From positions 1-61,911 of the forward strand of contig RDEW01000065.1 of assembly GCA_011109175.1 (NCBI GenBank): a stretch of DNA of 61,911 bases, read 5' to 3'. Positions within the stretch are counted from its first letter, which is position 1; the number at the start of each line of letters is the position of its first letter. Below are positions 11,806 to 25,249 of the stretch, piece after piece. The notes under the pieces were generated by a model. That model was not told where the DNA came from, did not search any database, and worked only from the letters and a program-made list of their open reading frames with translations. Position numbers and translations under genes: made by a program. This stretch comes from Dicyema japonicum (Eukaryota; Animalia; Dicyemida).

Positions 11806-12799
11806 TAGAGTTCAAAATATTCAAAAAGATCCAAAATTTAAAAGTGAACATTATTGACAAGGGGACGTTTTAAGAATTTTTCCAACAAGAACATCATTTA
11901 TCTCAATAGCAACATTAGTCGGTACAAATGGAAACAAATTCACAGAAAAACAGATCAATGTTGATTATTGCAATTTAACTATGAATTAATGATTGCAGTG
12001 AACATGTCCATAACATTTATTAATGAAAACAGAATTACATGACAGTTGTACTGATAAAACATTTCATCCAAGAAATCATAGATTATTCATGTAGATCAAG
12101 GATTGGTGATTTAAGCTAAAATTAGAGTACCAAAAACAGTGAAGGGCAGAGAATCAAAGTTTTGACGATTTGTGGGTTTTCTGAACATTTCACATAAATT
12201 AGAAAAGTCACCCTAAGGTAAACTGAACAGCACACATTGAAAAGATGAAATATTAGCATTACTGCTTCAAAGCTATTAGAAGGTTTAATTTCAAATTTCC
12301 ATTTGATTTTCACTCATTGTTGATACGGAAATTATGTACAAGTCGTTTCTACTCAAATCTCTCAGCAGAGAACGCATGTAGTATTTAATTTTGATAAACA
12401 GATCATCCACGTTAAAGTCAAACTAAAGCAAATTCACTATAATGCTGTAATAAAACAATACAGAAAGCAATAATGGGGCCGGCAGTTGTATTTGCATCCG
12501 TCAACATTTTATTGATACATATGTAAATTCCTTTTATTATACGTTTAATTTTTTTATCGGAAACATCCGCATGCAAACAACTCAGGACTTCGAATAGATG
12601 TATTCCCGCTTTCATCCTAAAAATTGATATCATTTTCGACAAATTCATTTTAAATCGTTACAAGCAATACTTTATATACATCTCATATTTTACGTTATAA
12701 AAGTCACTGCCAGATGTAAATCAACTAAAGATAGTTATTTATTTAATTATTTATTTATTTAAATCATTTAATTATATATTTTTATAATATTTAAAAAGT

Positions 12800-13385
12800 T
12801 ACGACGGACGTGAAATCCGATGGCTTCTCCAGTTGATCTCTGTTGCATTCGTGTATATGCACATACATCACCAAAATTCACACGGATCGACTACTCGTGT
12901 GGATTAATAAAAATCGGATGTCAATCAATGCCAAAAATTCTATTACATCTCTCTTTACCTCGGACAAAAGATTGTCGAACAGAACAATAGAAGTATCTGC
13001 GGAGTGAAAAGAATTGCCGTTCAGCAAATGCAAAAAATATTGGGTCTGACTTTCGATACGCACATGAACTATTCGAGACATCTCACAGTACATCGAACCA
13101 TCTATTTCATATGCGTTTACTTCATGGGGACCACTGGCCGCTATACGACTTCCAGAAAATTTCCTCAACCCAGAAAATGGACTTCATGCTAACGGAGAGA
13201 TGTTTACAAAGGGAAACATTAAATCACTGACGCCAATAAAGATCTAATCGAAAAAAGCGACAATATACACCATACCAAAATAAAGTGCTAGTCTGCAAAG
13301 AACTTGTGTAGGCTCAAGGGATCACCCCCGTGAAAAGATGAGAGCCTTGATCCAATTCGTCGGATCATAGTTTAGTTTTTTTAGA
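12800..13385 (+). mobile_element. Decayed LINE RT 3' fragment
   Basis: KILGLTFDTHMNYSRHL matches the post-RT 'LGVTFDxxLxFxxHI' motif. Confidence 0.6.
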
Positions 13386-13494
13386 AATAACAGTGGTCTT
13401 TGGAATTTTATTTAATGTGCTTTTAAAATTGAGAATTCATCTAAAATAACATTTGCGTTTGAAGTCACAAAACATTCAGGATCTTCAGTAAGTA

Positions 13495-13794
13495 TTGATT
13501 GATAACGGCGGCAATTGCGGATCCAATGCTTCACAGAAGCGTGGAACCTTCAGTGAGACTGACTGCAGTGAGATTGAATCTGGAACCATCAGGATTTTGC
13601 CTCCGGCACTTATGTCGATCGTTATTCTGAACATTTATGTGATTACGATGATTTATCAAAAGGTCAGCCTGTATTATATTTATGTAGAATCTATTTTTAT
13701 TGGATAGGCTGTCCAGATCGCCGTCAATTTTGTGGCTGTCACTTTATTGCTTCAATTATTGACTTACTTCATGGAGGGAGAATTACTGATATAA
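13495..13794 (+). CDS. Candidate small two-helix membrane protein exon pair
   Basis: The hydrophobic ORF continues in frame as AVQIAVNFVAVTLLLQLLTYF... if a 45-nt GT-AG intron (13663-13707) is spliced out. Start codon uncertain. Confidence 0.3.
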
Positions 13795-14439
13795 AAAACG
13801 AAAAACTCTTTTAAAAATGACATCTTTCCAATAATCCTTTTATTTGCATACGATATTATTATTTGAAGTTTATCGACGATTATGAAGAAGGAACAGAATG
13901 AACCTAAAAAAACAGTATTTTGCTGGAGAAGAAGATATTACAAAAAAGAAATCGTAGAGTTCTTTAATAATTCAAATCATTGTAAATGATCATAAGTATC
14001 AAAAAATATTCGCCTATTTGAGAGGTAATGACTTTAAATAAATATTATTCCGTTAACTGGTAGAAATGAGGCTTATCCTTTTCCAAAATAACGTCTTTTT
14101 CAAGTATCCGTAATTTCAAGTAAGTCACTCAGTAAGTCACAGATAGAGGGGAATCCTTTTTATATTTATTTGGATTTTCGTGTGTGTGGGTCCTTTCTAG
14201 ACAATCCAGTTCCGTAGTGAGTATCTTCTGATAACGCCGTCACTCGTCAAACCGAAAACAGTAATTTGTTATTTAAATTAATACTCAATTATAACTATCA
14301 TCAATAAATACGATTTGCTTTTGAATTATTTGTTCATCAAAATAATTAATGATCTATATGCGAGAAAATGGCAAGACATTTAGAGGTCAACATAAATTTA
14401 TTTATATTATGTCATCAATTTTAATAAATCAATTTTTAC

Positions 14440-16700
14440 TAAAATAATACTAATTATACATCATATAATTCTATAATTTCCTGAGCTTGTTTATATAAAC
14501 GTTTCAATCTGAAAGTAAGCATACCTTGACGATTTTATTACGGACTTTTAGAGATCATCATTGGCACAAATATGTTTGCTATATCATTAAAAATATTACG
14601 TGAGTCTTTAATCATCTTATGCAAATCCGATTGCTCTAAACCATAATCTTTGGTCAAATTGTTCATTAAAAAGTTCTACTAGGTTATCAATCGATCTTTA
14701 TTAAATTGATTTAGTACCGATGATATTCGTGATAATGGATACGAACGTGATTCCATTCTGTTAACTTATAAATTATCATAAGAATCTCTTCAGACAAACT
14801 TGAATCCTAGGAAGCTTCAATCGAATCGATAATTAAGTTGCACAAAGTATTGCAAATGATATCATAGACAATTGAGCAATTAATATGTTTGCAGTATTCC
14901 TTGTAAAATAACTCAAAATATACATTAAATAATGAACCAGCTACTGTTTTAATCAAGATGTCGAATTTTCTTAAATTTTGTTAGATTTGCAATAACATTA
15001 AAAACTAGATATAAAATGTGTTTATTTTTAATATATTCTCGAAAAAAATTTAGAATTAAATTAATCCCGCCCTACACTACAAACAAGGTAATATTTTTAA
15101 GGTATCATCTATCACAAAATAAAATAATTTTACCAAGAAGATACCAATAAATGTCCAAGAAATATTGCAAAAAATTATTTATCTATTCCTATACTCATTA
15201 ATATAATCAACTATTAACTGAATTTAAATTCACAATTACTTTGAAAGTGCCATAAAATCCCAAATAGGACAATACTTCGTATTTAACATTCCACATCGGA
15301 ATATATACGCATTAAGTGGATTTTCATAAATTAAAAGCGTATGAACAGGTTTATGATTGTCTGAATAAACAATGAAATAGACAGAAACTTTAATTAGTTA
15401 ATAAAAATACATTTTGATAAGTTCCATGTTTGTATAGTACATCAAACAATCTAAATCATTCATGAACTGAAAATTTAAAATCTTGACAACCTCGGTATCT
15501 CTGCAATTATTTTTTAAAATAATCAATATTGTTTCATAAATAAGCCTAAATTACATAAACACCAACCATCTATATGTTTTAGAAATGATTTTTTTTAATT
15601 TAATTATCAGACAATGCCTATAAATATACAAACACAATTACATAATTTGTTTAACAACGTTGGATTTTTTGATGTTCTCAACAACCGGCAAATAAACTGT
15701 AGTGAATTTACCAAGTACCCTCAAAAATCGTTTATAAAGTGAAGATTGAATTTCAGAATCACATTCACGAATATTATTTAATGTATAACAAAGAAACTCA
15801 TCTTTATGCTCGTAATAAAAAATAGCATTGAAAAATTATGCATCATGAAATTTAAGTCAATCTATAATAAATCATAATTATATGACTTTGTTATTATTTT
15901 TGAAAAATTACGAAATTTAATCATAACTAAACTCCTGAATTCCTCTTTTGAACAGTTCTCTAAAATCAGTAGTAAAATACGAATTTAATAATTCATAATT
16001 AATGAGAATCCGACAAATTAAAGAATTCTTAATTTTTGGCTAATGTTAACAAAGGTATAAAATCACAGCTTAATTCATGGACATTTGTGCTGCTTGTATA
16101 CGAAAAGTATCTCAATATAACAAACAAAAAACTTTAAAGATTCTGGACTGTTCAGACATTTGGAAAAATCTTCGAAATTGGAAATCAGAACATTGTCAAA
16201 ATTGATAAATTCGAGTTCTTTGATCAGTTTGATTGTGTCGCTATATATTGTTGTAGAATTAACTTTTTTTATTAGAGAATTTGAAAAAAGTTCAAGTGAC
16301 CTAATTTCACTAAATCCGCTTTTAATTAGCAAATGTAATAAAATTGGGTCATCATTATTCAAAATTGTGAAAGAATTGATATTATTTGGAGTAAACTGCA
16401 GTGAACAATTTTCAGAAGATGTTATTTTTGCTAATTAAATATTTATTAAATTTGGAAGTATTCGGCACAAATTTGCTAAGTTTTTAATATCAATTTGATT
16501 TTTGGATAAATCGATGCAATAAACGTTATAACAGATTTCATGACATTTATTGAATCTCGAGAAATCATCAAAAATTGATGATATCATTTGTGAATTAAAA
16601 TCATCAAAATATTTTATCTCATAATGTATTCTTTTAGAAATCATCATCTTTGACTTTGAATTTAATTTATTATATTTATTCAAATCAATATTTTTCGAAA
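14440..16700 (-). pseudogene. Degraded large LRR-like orphan protein gene
   Basis: Collinear minus ORFs with LRR-like text (CIDLSKNQI...LCRILPNLINI, IRSLEL, IKELEFINFD). Multiple stops. Paralog at 53262-55530. Confidence 0.5.
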
Positions 16701-16863
16701 ATCATTTATACATATTGAATAAAGAGGAAATCTGCATTTCGTTACTAAACATATGAATTAATTAGATTTTAAAAACTTTATTATTAATATTATTATTATT
16801 AATAATAAACTAAAAATTGTAATTATTTAATAACGATTTCAATAATAAACTAATAAACAAATG

Positions 16864-18329
16864 GACCTGACGGCATTCCGGGAATTTTGTTAAAACATTT
16901 TTGTAATGCTGCAATCAATTCGATTACGTCAATTTTTAATTTTTCTTCTAACATGAACGTCATCCCATGCAAATGGAAGAATTCACTTATAATACCGATC
17001 CTTAAACCAGAAAAACCGAAAACTTCACCTTCTTCCTACCGTCCAATTTCATTAACGTGCGCACTATCGCGCCTAATGAAGAAACTCGTACTCTGGAAAA
17101 TTAAACCCCATTTGCCCGACTGCCACTTTCAACATGGTTTCAAATGTGAGCGTTCAACTATGACATATTTGACTTCACTGTCTCAATTTATATCAGAGGG
17201 GCTCAACGTACCGAAACGCCATCTACGGACAATAATGGTTTCCCTGGATATCCAGAAGGCGTTCGATTCTGTCTCGAGAATATTACTCACGAAGAAGGTT
17301 TTTGACACCACCATTCTGACGGATTTGAAAAGATGGATAGCCAATTTTCTCTCCGGAAGAAGAGGACGTGTCTGTATAGGCCACGCAAGATCGAGGTCCC
17401 GTCTCCTACCAAATGGCGTCCCTCAAGGATCGCCCCTCTCTTTGGCATTATTCAACTTGTTCCTCAACGATTTACCCTGCCCTGGAGGACCAGATTCAAT
17501 GCTTCTCACTTATGCTGACGACCTAATCATCGCTAGCAGGAACAATACGTGGGTACAGCAAAATCAGAGCTTCAGTCACATATCAACGACCTGGGAGCCT
17601 GGTTGAAGTTGAATCGTCTCTCCGTGTCCAGGGACAAATCAACATATACAATTTTCACCACGGACAGAAAAGAAAAACATACACTTGATTTGAACATTTT
17701 TGGAGACTCCTTACCACTACAGACTCTTTCCAACTATCCACTCGTCAACTATCCTGGGAGTGACATTTGACCCTTTGATGTCATTTTCTCAACATGTGAA
17801 GAACGTTATGACAAAGGGTCTCAGGAAACTTAATATAATCAAACCGCTCTTGAAGTCCAAACCTTCACAGGAATGCGCCCTCGTCGTGTTCAATCAACTA
17901 CTAAAACCGACGATTGAGTACGCTTGTGCCTCATGGGCCTATGGAGCTTCGATATCAAATTCACTCAAGATCAATACCTTAATTGGCAAACTAGCACGTC
18001 AAACAATCTACTTCCCGATCTTTTCACTCCAATGCTTGACCAAGCCGCAATCAAAAATAATGGCTCCGGCTTCATCTGTCTGTGTGGCCAAGAAACAAGT
18101 CGTTTTTTCCATTCAAGGCTAAAGGCCTCAAATACACGAAATTTGGGGAAAAAACCCACTCCTCTTCAAACTCTAATGAAAGATGATCGTCGTTTATTCA
18201 GGAAAGCCGTGGGTACTCTGGAGGAACACAGGAAAAACCTCTCGATCCTGTTGAGGCGTACCGGGATCACTTAATTAGTTGGTTTACTCCTTCTTTCTTG
18301 GTGTTCCCTTTTCGGGGTTATTAAATAAA
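16864..18329 (+). mobile_element. 5'-truncated Jockey/I-like LINE (RT) with a 13-bp TSD
   Basis: SYRPISLT, FQHGF, LDIQKAFDSV, GVPQGSPLS and YADD. Ends RTGIT* plus a hairpin and an AATA tail. TSD TAATAAACAAATG at 16851-16863 and 18330-18342. Confidence 0.95.
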
Positions 18330-18399
18330 TAATAAACAAATGACGATCTCAATACTATCCTGAATCATCGATTTTGTTAATCCTCCAGCTTGCTCTGTA

Positions 18400-21300
18400 T
18401 CGATATTGATGAGGGAAAAATCCATGCATCACAGGCGTACTCAATACTGGGTAGAACGAATTCTTTGTATAAAAGCTTTAACGATAAGCGGGAAGATACT
18501 TGAAATTGAGTGAACGCCTTGAGAATTCAAATTTTCTTTTGGATCCATTTGGTTACTAGGTCTACTTGATGGGTAAATGTGATTAGCTGATCCAGAATGA
18601 AAACAAAAATTGAAAATGTCTTTTTAATAGGAAACGGGGAGTAATACAATGTTATTCCCGGTGTTTCTTGTAATTTTGTTGGTGATGAGGAAAACTTTAT
18701 TCTGATATTTCTAATTAATATTTCAAAAATATCATTTAATTAAAATAGAAAAACAACAGTTTATTTTTAAAAAAATATAAATAAATTTTGTGTAAGGATT
18801 TGAGTAGCACTACAATGTGAACTTGAGGACTGCCAGAAACAAAGATGCCGTAGTGTGAAAACAGCCTCGACATAGTTGATCAAAGGGATCTTCCTATTTA
18901 CCCCCTGGCAAAATCCTCTGGCAAAGCCTATACAATATGAAAACTTTTCCACTAAAGAATAAAGTGATTGTAGGACGTGCGATGAAAATGGAAGAGGGCG
19001 AATACTCCTTCATCTTTCTTTTTAAGCAGAAGTCTGTAATTTACTATTGGGGAATGGATTTACTAATTTGTAAATAGAACTATTGAGGAACTCGACTAAG
19101 TATCATTGCCCTTCGGAAAGCAAAGAGCTTGTTAGATTTATATTTCTTGATCACTAAAATCACTCTGTTGAACATTGTTCACGTTGCATGCGAATGATAG
19201 AAGACAACTGGTTTGATAAGAAGAAAGTCTTTATCCTTCTTCAATATCATCGTATATCTCTACCTATACTCAGTGCACAAAGCTCAATGGAACCTCTATT
19301 TGATCTAAACTAAAATATTTACTGTTTAATTCTATAATTTGTCGTAAAGTTGAGCAACATTTTATATAAAACTCACTTTCCAATGAAACATCGTCAATAG
19401 ATAACCTCAATTTTCCTATTATTTTTCCGACTTCACACGTAAACAGAGAATCAGTAAAAAAATTTTCAGACATGTTCAAATATAAATAAGACATATTTCA
19501 AAAATACTAACAGTACTATCATTCTAACAAACTTTTTTTACATATTCTGTAATCTCCTCATAATCAACCTTTTCAATGCCACAATTCATGATTTAACATC
19601 AAAATTATATGAAAGTAAGTTTTTTTTAAGAGGATTGTCGACAAATATAATTATGAATATTTATATATTATAGATGTGTAGCACCTCTCACTTCTACATT
19701 CAGCGTCTAGAGAAACCATAATGACACATTACGAAATATTTCGATAATATTAATGATTCATTGATTACACAGTATTCTATAACAAAGATTTTCTTTAATG
19801 GCCGTAATTCACCCATTGTCAAATCATGTGAGAATTCAAATATTGTGATAATTTACATTTTTATTCAAACAATCGAAATGATATGGAAAAATTCTTGTCA
19901 TGTTAAATATGTATAATTGTCGAATAATAATCTATCAACAGGATTGGTAGATAACTGTGTCGTCATTCATGGAATATTCTGGATAAACACTCAATTTTGA
20001 GACTAACTTGATTTCATTCACTTCAACAAAAATACAAAAAGCAGGCTGATGTACTCGCAACCCATGTGTTCCTAATGATATGGATTTATGCAGACTTTGG
20101 CCTTCGTGGAGTCAAATGGTTAATCGCAGCTACTAATACTTCAAATCACCAAATCGAGCGTCTGGAAAGCGAAAATTATTATAGTACATTCGTGGGGGAA
20201 TACCTCCGTTAGTGATGTTTTTGAGTAAATGAAATCTGCCAAAAATTTCCCATCGCTTTCAATTGGGAATGAACAACATCGGAAGGTTCATTAATAACAG
20301 TTGGTTAACAATGCCTAAATTTTAATATAATTACGATACTGAACTTAAAATTTAATCATATTATCCAATAACATATCTCATACTTTGGAATCATTCTTAC
20401 TTTGTTGCTATTTTAATAATAAAACTTTTGTTTTAATTTTAATAACTTATTATTTATAATCAAACAGTTAAAAATTACTAAAAATTCTTTTCAATATAGG
20501 CTGGCAGCTCTCAGAATTGAAAACTTATTTCCTATGACGACAAAAGTATTCTTCAATATTATTGCTCCATAACAGAGAAGTTTACCTGGCTAATCGGGCG
20601 ACTTGCAGGACTAAAGAAAGGAAATCCTACAATGACACGTTATATTTCCAGAGCATTGGGCTCACCAGAGATAATTCCATTGAGTGCATAGTGCCCGCTA
20701 CAATGAGGGAACCCTCGTCCTAAAAAATTGTCATTATTACTGATATTATAATTTTCAATTAGCTTATTAATATTAACGTCACAGATGAAAGGAAGAGTAA
20801 TTTACAACCAATTAGCTAAAAGCACCACATAGCGATGAGATCCTCAGTTAGTTAGTTAGTTAAAAGCTCTTTCGCGTGGCCCTAAAAGGGGTTCGCTTGA
20901 GCCATGTTTTGCAGCCATCCTCCTCGCCATCCTCGCCCACACCATCTTGTTCCTGGCCCTCATTCGAACATCATCCAGATCGTCCGCTGTCACCAATTTA
21001 CGACTATTTTGTTTGTAGTCATCTTTTAAGGCAGGTTGGAAGTGTGTTTCCTGGTCTGCCTCGAAAATCCGCGACTTCCGGCGTAGTAGAAATATTTCTT
21101 CCATTATTCTGTTACATGGCGTAGTCGGGTCCAGTCTGAGGATATGTTCAAATAGTCGCCATCTCGATAAAATAACATCGGTGCTAGAGGTCTGGATTTA
21201 CATCGTGAATATAGATTTTCATTTGAGATTTTTCTCGGCCAAAAAATTCGAATCAACATGCGGAGTTGGTTCCTGTGAAAAGTATCTAGCTTCTATAAAT

Positions 21301-22600
21301 CAATTTTAGAACATGCCCATGTTCCGAATTGTATATCAAAATTCGTTTAACAAACGATCCTCAATAAATAAATAAAATTGAAAATAGTGATAGAAAAAAT
21401 TAATTATATTTATTATGTAAAAAATTAGTTTTTATGGTGAGGTCTCATTATGGCATGCAGACATTGAGAACCCAATGAGAGTTACCTCTCATGATCGCGA
21501 GGACAATATTCAGGAAGCCATTGTGTTATTCTAGGCATACACTTCCCGTGAAGCCGTCCAATTAACCTGATAAACTCAGACGTGCTCGGACTAATACCGC
21601 TAGAATTAAAATTTTATATTTCTCACTAAAAATATTGGTTTTTTACAATAAGCTAAACTGGAGTCACCTGTAGCTGCATGAATAGTTAAGAAATAGTTAA
21701 ATGAACTCTCCAGTTAACAAAAGCATATGAATACTTAGGAGTTCCGCATGAGCCGTGCGCTTCACTATTCGTTCCACCAGGTTTCTCAATGTAACTTTCC
21801 TCCTTAAACTTCTTCGTAGTTCATCGAGGTCTATCGTTCCAAATACTTCATAAAGTCTTCAGTTAGTTCTCGAAATGAGTACACTGACGTTGAAAGTTGC
21901 TACATTAAACAGGTTAGAATAAACAGACTGAGAATACAATAAATACATGGACATGTGTTTCAACCACTCAACCAACAAAATCATGAACAAACATTTGTTT
22001 TTAAGTTGGTTGAAACAGAGAGACTGATTAAAGATGATTATACTTTTTTACTGCTAGGCGCCTGAAAATCGATTGTACATGTATAATTTATGGCTATTGC
22101 TCAGTTTGAAAACCAGGATTCCATAAAGATCACCTATTAATAAATATGTCAATATGCAAGTTCCAGCCTTTTTGAGATACATGAAGTGGAAAAGTGAGAA
22201 TTATTTTGATATATTCTCAGAATGGATCTATATATATTTAAAATATATAAATTGAATTTCCGGATATCATTAATAATTACAACAATAATAAATTTAAATG
22301 TTATAAAAACATCTATCTCAGGTTTCTTGCAATTTTTCTTTTGAATTCATAAAACTGTTGAAAGTACCACAAAATATTATAGTTTCAACAATGAATTAGT
22401 ATAACATTTCTTAACTATAATATATTAGTCCTGCCTATGCGGAGCTATAAATATTACGGCTCTGGCGAATAGGTCTATTGGTGTCACTCGATAAATTTTT
22501 CCAGATTTTAAAATTTCGTGTAATCTTATTTCGTCTATAAATAATAAACATAACCTTTTTTTCGATTATTACCTGCATTTTATGCTTTCAAACTTCATAA
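18400..22600 (-). pseudogene. Degraded orphan coding region(s) of unknown family
   Basis: Short minus ORFs (e.g. 19270-19494) are conserved with 57170-61300. Part of the region (20320-20790) has a third, more diverged copy at ~25250-25815. Confidence 0.3.
20847..21355 (-). mobile_element. 3' fragment of an RTE-like LINE with a (TAAC)n tail and an 8-bp TSD
   Basis: DDLDDVRMRARNKMVW resembles the C-terminus of the 37471-39435 element. The tail reads aactaactaactaac on the minus strand. TSD GATCCTCA at 20839-20846 and 21356-21363. Empty site at ~59865. Confidence 0.85.
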
Positions 22601-22636
22601 ACATCACCAGAACATAATACATAAACATTTTTATTA

Positions 22637-24835
22637 TGTCACAGGCGCTACGCGTTACCGAGCGATACGCGTTACACTAGTGGACTTAGAAATAATCAAA
22701 AATATTTTTGGGAGTGTAGAATCCTTTGACAAGATGTTACAGGCCATTAGAGACGAGAGATATACAGGGAGAGAAATGTCTATAGAGATGTGATTTTCAA
22801 GCTTTCCGAGTCTGACTGCCAATTTGGCCTGCTTCTGTTAGTATCCCTCAAGCCGAATTTAAAAATACACTCCAATGTCGAACGGAAGATCCCGTCAATA
22901 TGTGCGAGTTGGTCGAATTTTCGCTCGTTGTATTGTCGTGCATTGATTCGATTACCAGTAACTTCACGTCCACTCCATATATAATTCCACTCCAACTGCT
23001 TCCTATATGTTTTTAGTCCAACAATTATCTTCGGACATCTTCTTAGATAGTGATATTGTGATTGTCTGATTGAAGTGTTCGATGATCCTTTAACTCCTTG
23101 GATTGTTAGACCTATTATGCATTTGTTAAAAGTTGAAGCATTGACATAATATCACAATCTGACACCATTTTCCAGATAATTTCTCTTTCACAAAAAAATA
23201 TCTTGTCTATAATAGGTCAATTGATGAATTTGCGAGAGCGCTAATTATTAGAGAAAATGACAATTTTAGTAGTTTCCATTTGTGTCTTTAAGGTATAACC
23301 TCCCATTGATTGATAAAATTTTTTTGACATTTGAGTTAATCGGTATTTTTTGTCTTGTCATTAGATCGACGATCCCCTTCTGTTCCATTATTTTTATTAT
23401 ATCAATTTATTATTGGGTTGTTTTAACGAAAGATGAATCCATCAACTTAAGTTTATGAAACACGCATGTAATATGACCCCCACTTTATTTAACAAACAAT
23501 AAAAAAGTTAATATATTTAATCAACAACCTTCCTCGCCTGCCTGTTCGCCAGCCTCCTCAGGCAGGTTCGATTCTGGTTTTGTGCTACGGGACATTCCAT
23601 GCATTTCCTCTGCGTGGTTTAGCCTCCCACATACTACCCCATGTGGAAAGCATTTCCGCGTCCTGCTAGGAACATACACTATGGCCATTTTTCGTGTAAG
23701 CGACGGTAAAACAATCTGCGATTAAACTCAAACAGATTATTTTCTCTCCTTCTCTTACACCGACTTTCATGTGTATAGAGTTTCCTCTTATACACCATTA
23801 TTGCCCCACTAACTCCACCTCTGCCCTCCTCAACTCTTTGAGGTTCCATTTGGGAACACGGAGTTTACTAATTAGCCCCTTTACTATAGCCGGGGCTTTT
23901 CCTCTAACGGTTAGAGTCTAACCCCTCTCGCCACACTACTTATGTGTTCATCCAGTGCTTCCAGCTCAGTCTGTATCCAAGCAATCTTGGCACAGATCTG
24001 CTCCCTCCATTTACTGGGTGGTCTGGGATTGTCCGTCAATTCCTCATAGGTGATCTGTGCTGCATACAGCACTAGGGAGATGTCACCCAACGACCCTACT
24101 GGCTTAGCCTCCACCGCATAAGCCACAGCCTTATTGATGCAGGTTAACACTACACCGTTAACCTCACAATGAGGAATCTTGCGAGGTAAATCTACGGTCC
24201 TCAAATGGGACATCTGCCGCGGCAGCGAGATTCCGCGCAAAGACCTCATAAACATGCTTGAGCTGCAACGTATCACAGCTCTAGTGCTCGTGCTCTCTTT
24301 GACAGTTGTGGTCACCTGGTCCCCGCCCCTTTTGACCAGTACCCTCTTTGCCTACAGCCATCTTCTTGATTTCACTCACAGATATAGCAGTACTGAATCT
24401 GCCACTGCAGAGCTCCGCCAAGTATGGGCCATCCATTCCAGGGCATTCGAGATAGCCTGCTACGTACCTGCAGGACTACCTGCCTCGCCCATTCTTTTGG
24501 GTCATCTGCCACAACGCTCTCGGATATGGCAAGAATTACATTCATACCATCAGGTAACGCAAGTGACCCTTCTCCTTTTTTCTTTTCAACATTTTTGCCA
24601 ACTCGAGAGAGTTTTAACGCCACCGAATCGAACGCACGTTGCATGTTTCCCATGTAATATGATATTTAAAATTTAAAAACTGTTGCGCCTTCCAAAAATA
24701 TTTAAATTTGAATTTTTTTTATTTTAAATAAATAAATGAAAAAAAACATGTGTAAAGTTTAAATAAAATGTTTGAAATTGTAAATTTGAGCATTATGTAA
24801 CGCGTAGCGATCGGTAACGCGTAGCGCTGGTGACA
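22637..24835 (-). mobile_element. Ginger-like (gypsy-integrase) DNA transposon relic with 40-bp TIRs and a 5-bp TSD
   Basis: TIRs at 22637-22676 and 24796-24835 match at 36/40 and begin TGTCA. TATTA flanks both sides (22632-22636 and 24836-24840). The internal minus strand has an rve-like remnant, PRS*RIIEHFNQTI...LSKK...W...AV, and a frameshifted W.KMVSD...CQC zinc-finger remnant. Confidence 0.8.
23477..24650 (-). mobile_element. Internally deleted R4/Dong-like non-LTR fragment nested in the Ginger-like element
   Basis: LVLYAAQITYE...PPSKWREQICAKIAWIQTEL resembles the pre-RT region of R4-clade ORFs. The 12-bp direct repeat CATGTAATATGA at 23465-23476 and 24651-24662 is a likely TSD. No RT core seen. 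Confidence 0.6.
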
Positions 24836-25249
24836 TATTAATTATTATTCATCATCTGACCTAAAATGGAGAACAAAAAAATTAAAACATCGAGTTACTT
24901 AGAAATGATTGAGAATGTATTATGAAAATTTTCTTTTTTATAAATTAAAAACACTATTCGTTTTGGAGTTGCTTTTTGGTAAGGCATCTATGTTTGCTTA
25001 AAATGATGATGAAATTGGGTGGATTTTCAAAGATGTCGATTCACTTATCTTCTAAAACCCGTTAGACCTGAAGAAGTGAATATTAGAGATTCTTTTTTGT
25101 ATTTTTCTATACTTTTAACTGGCTATTAAAAACACCAAGATACTTTTTCAGTATGAGAGTACTAGTTTAAAAATTGAATTTATCTCAAACATGAATTTCA
25201 CTAAATATTTTTTGATTTCCAGACATTTATTAATGCAAAAAGTTGTTAG

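Larger units (their letters stand above)
166..23230 (+). repeat. Segmental duplication, copy 1 (collinear with ~36828-61911)
   Basis: Blocks aligned by eye: 166-820/36828-37470, 840-1735/39460-40369, 5624-8820/44805-47200, 8830-12070/47905-51010 and 14440-23230/53262-61911. All are in the same orientation and order. Confidence 0.95.

Noticed and set aside
11390-11857. 155-aa plus-strand ORF
   Set aside because: It is the antisense shadow of the CRE REL coding strand.
24179-24676. 165-aa and 77-aa plus-strand ORFs
   Set aside because: They are antisense to the GC-richer R4-like fragment and have no motif.
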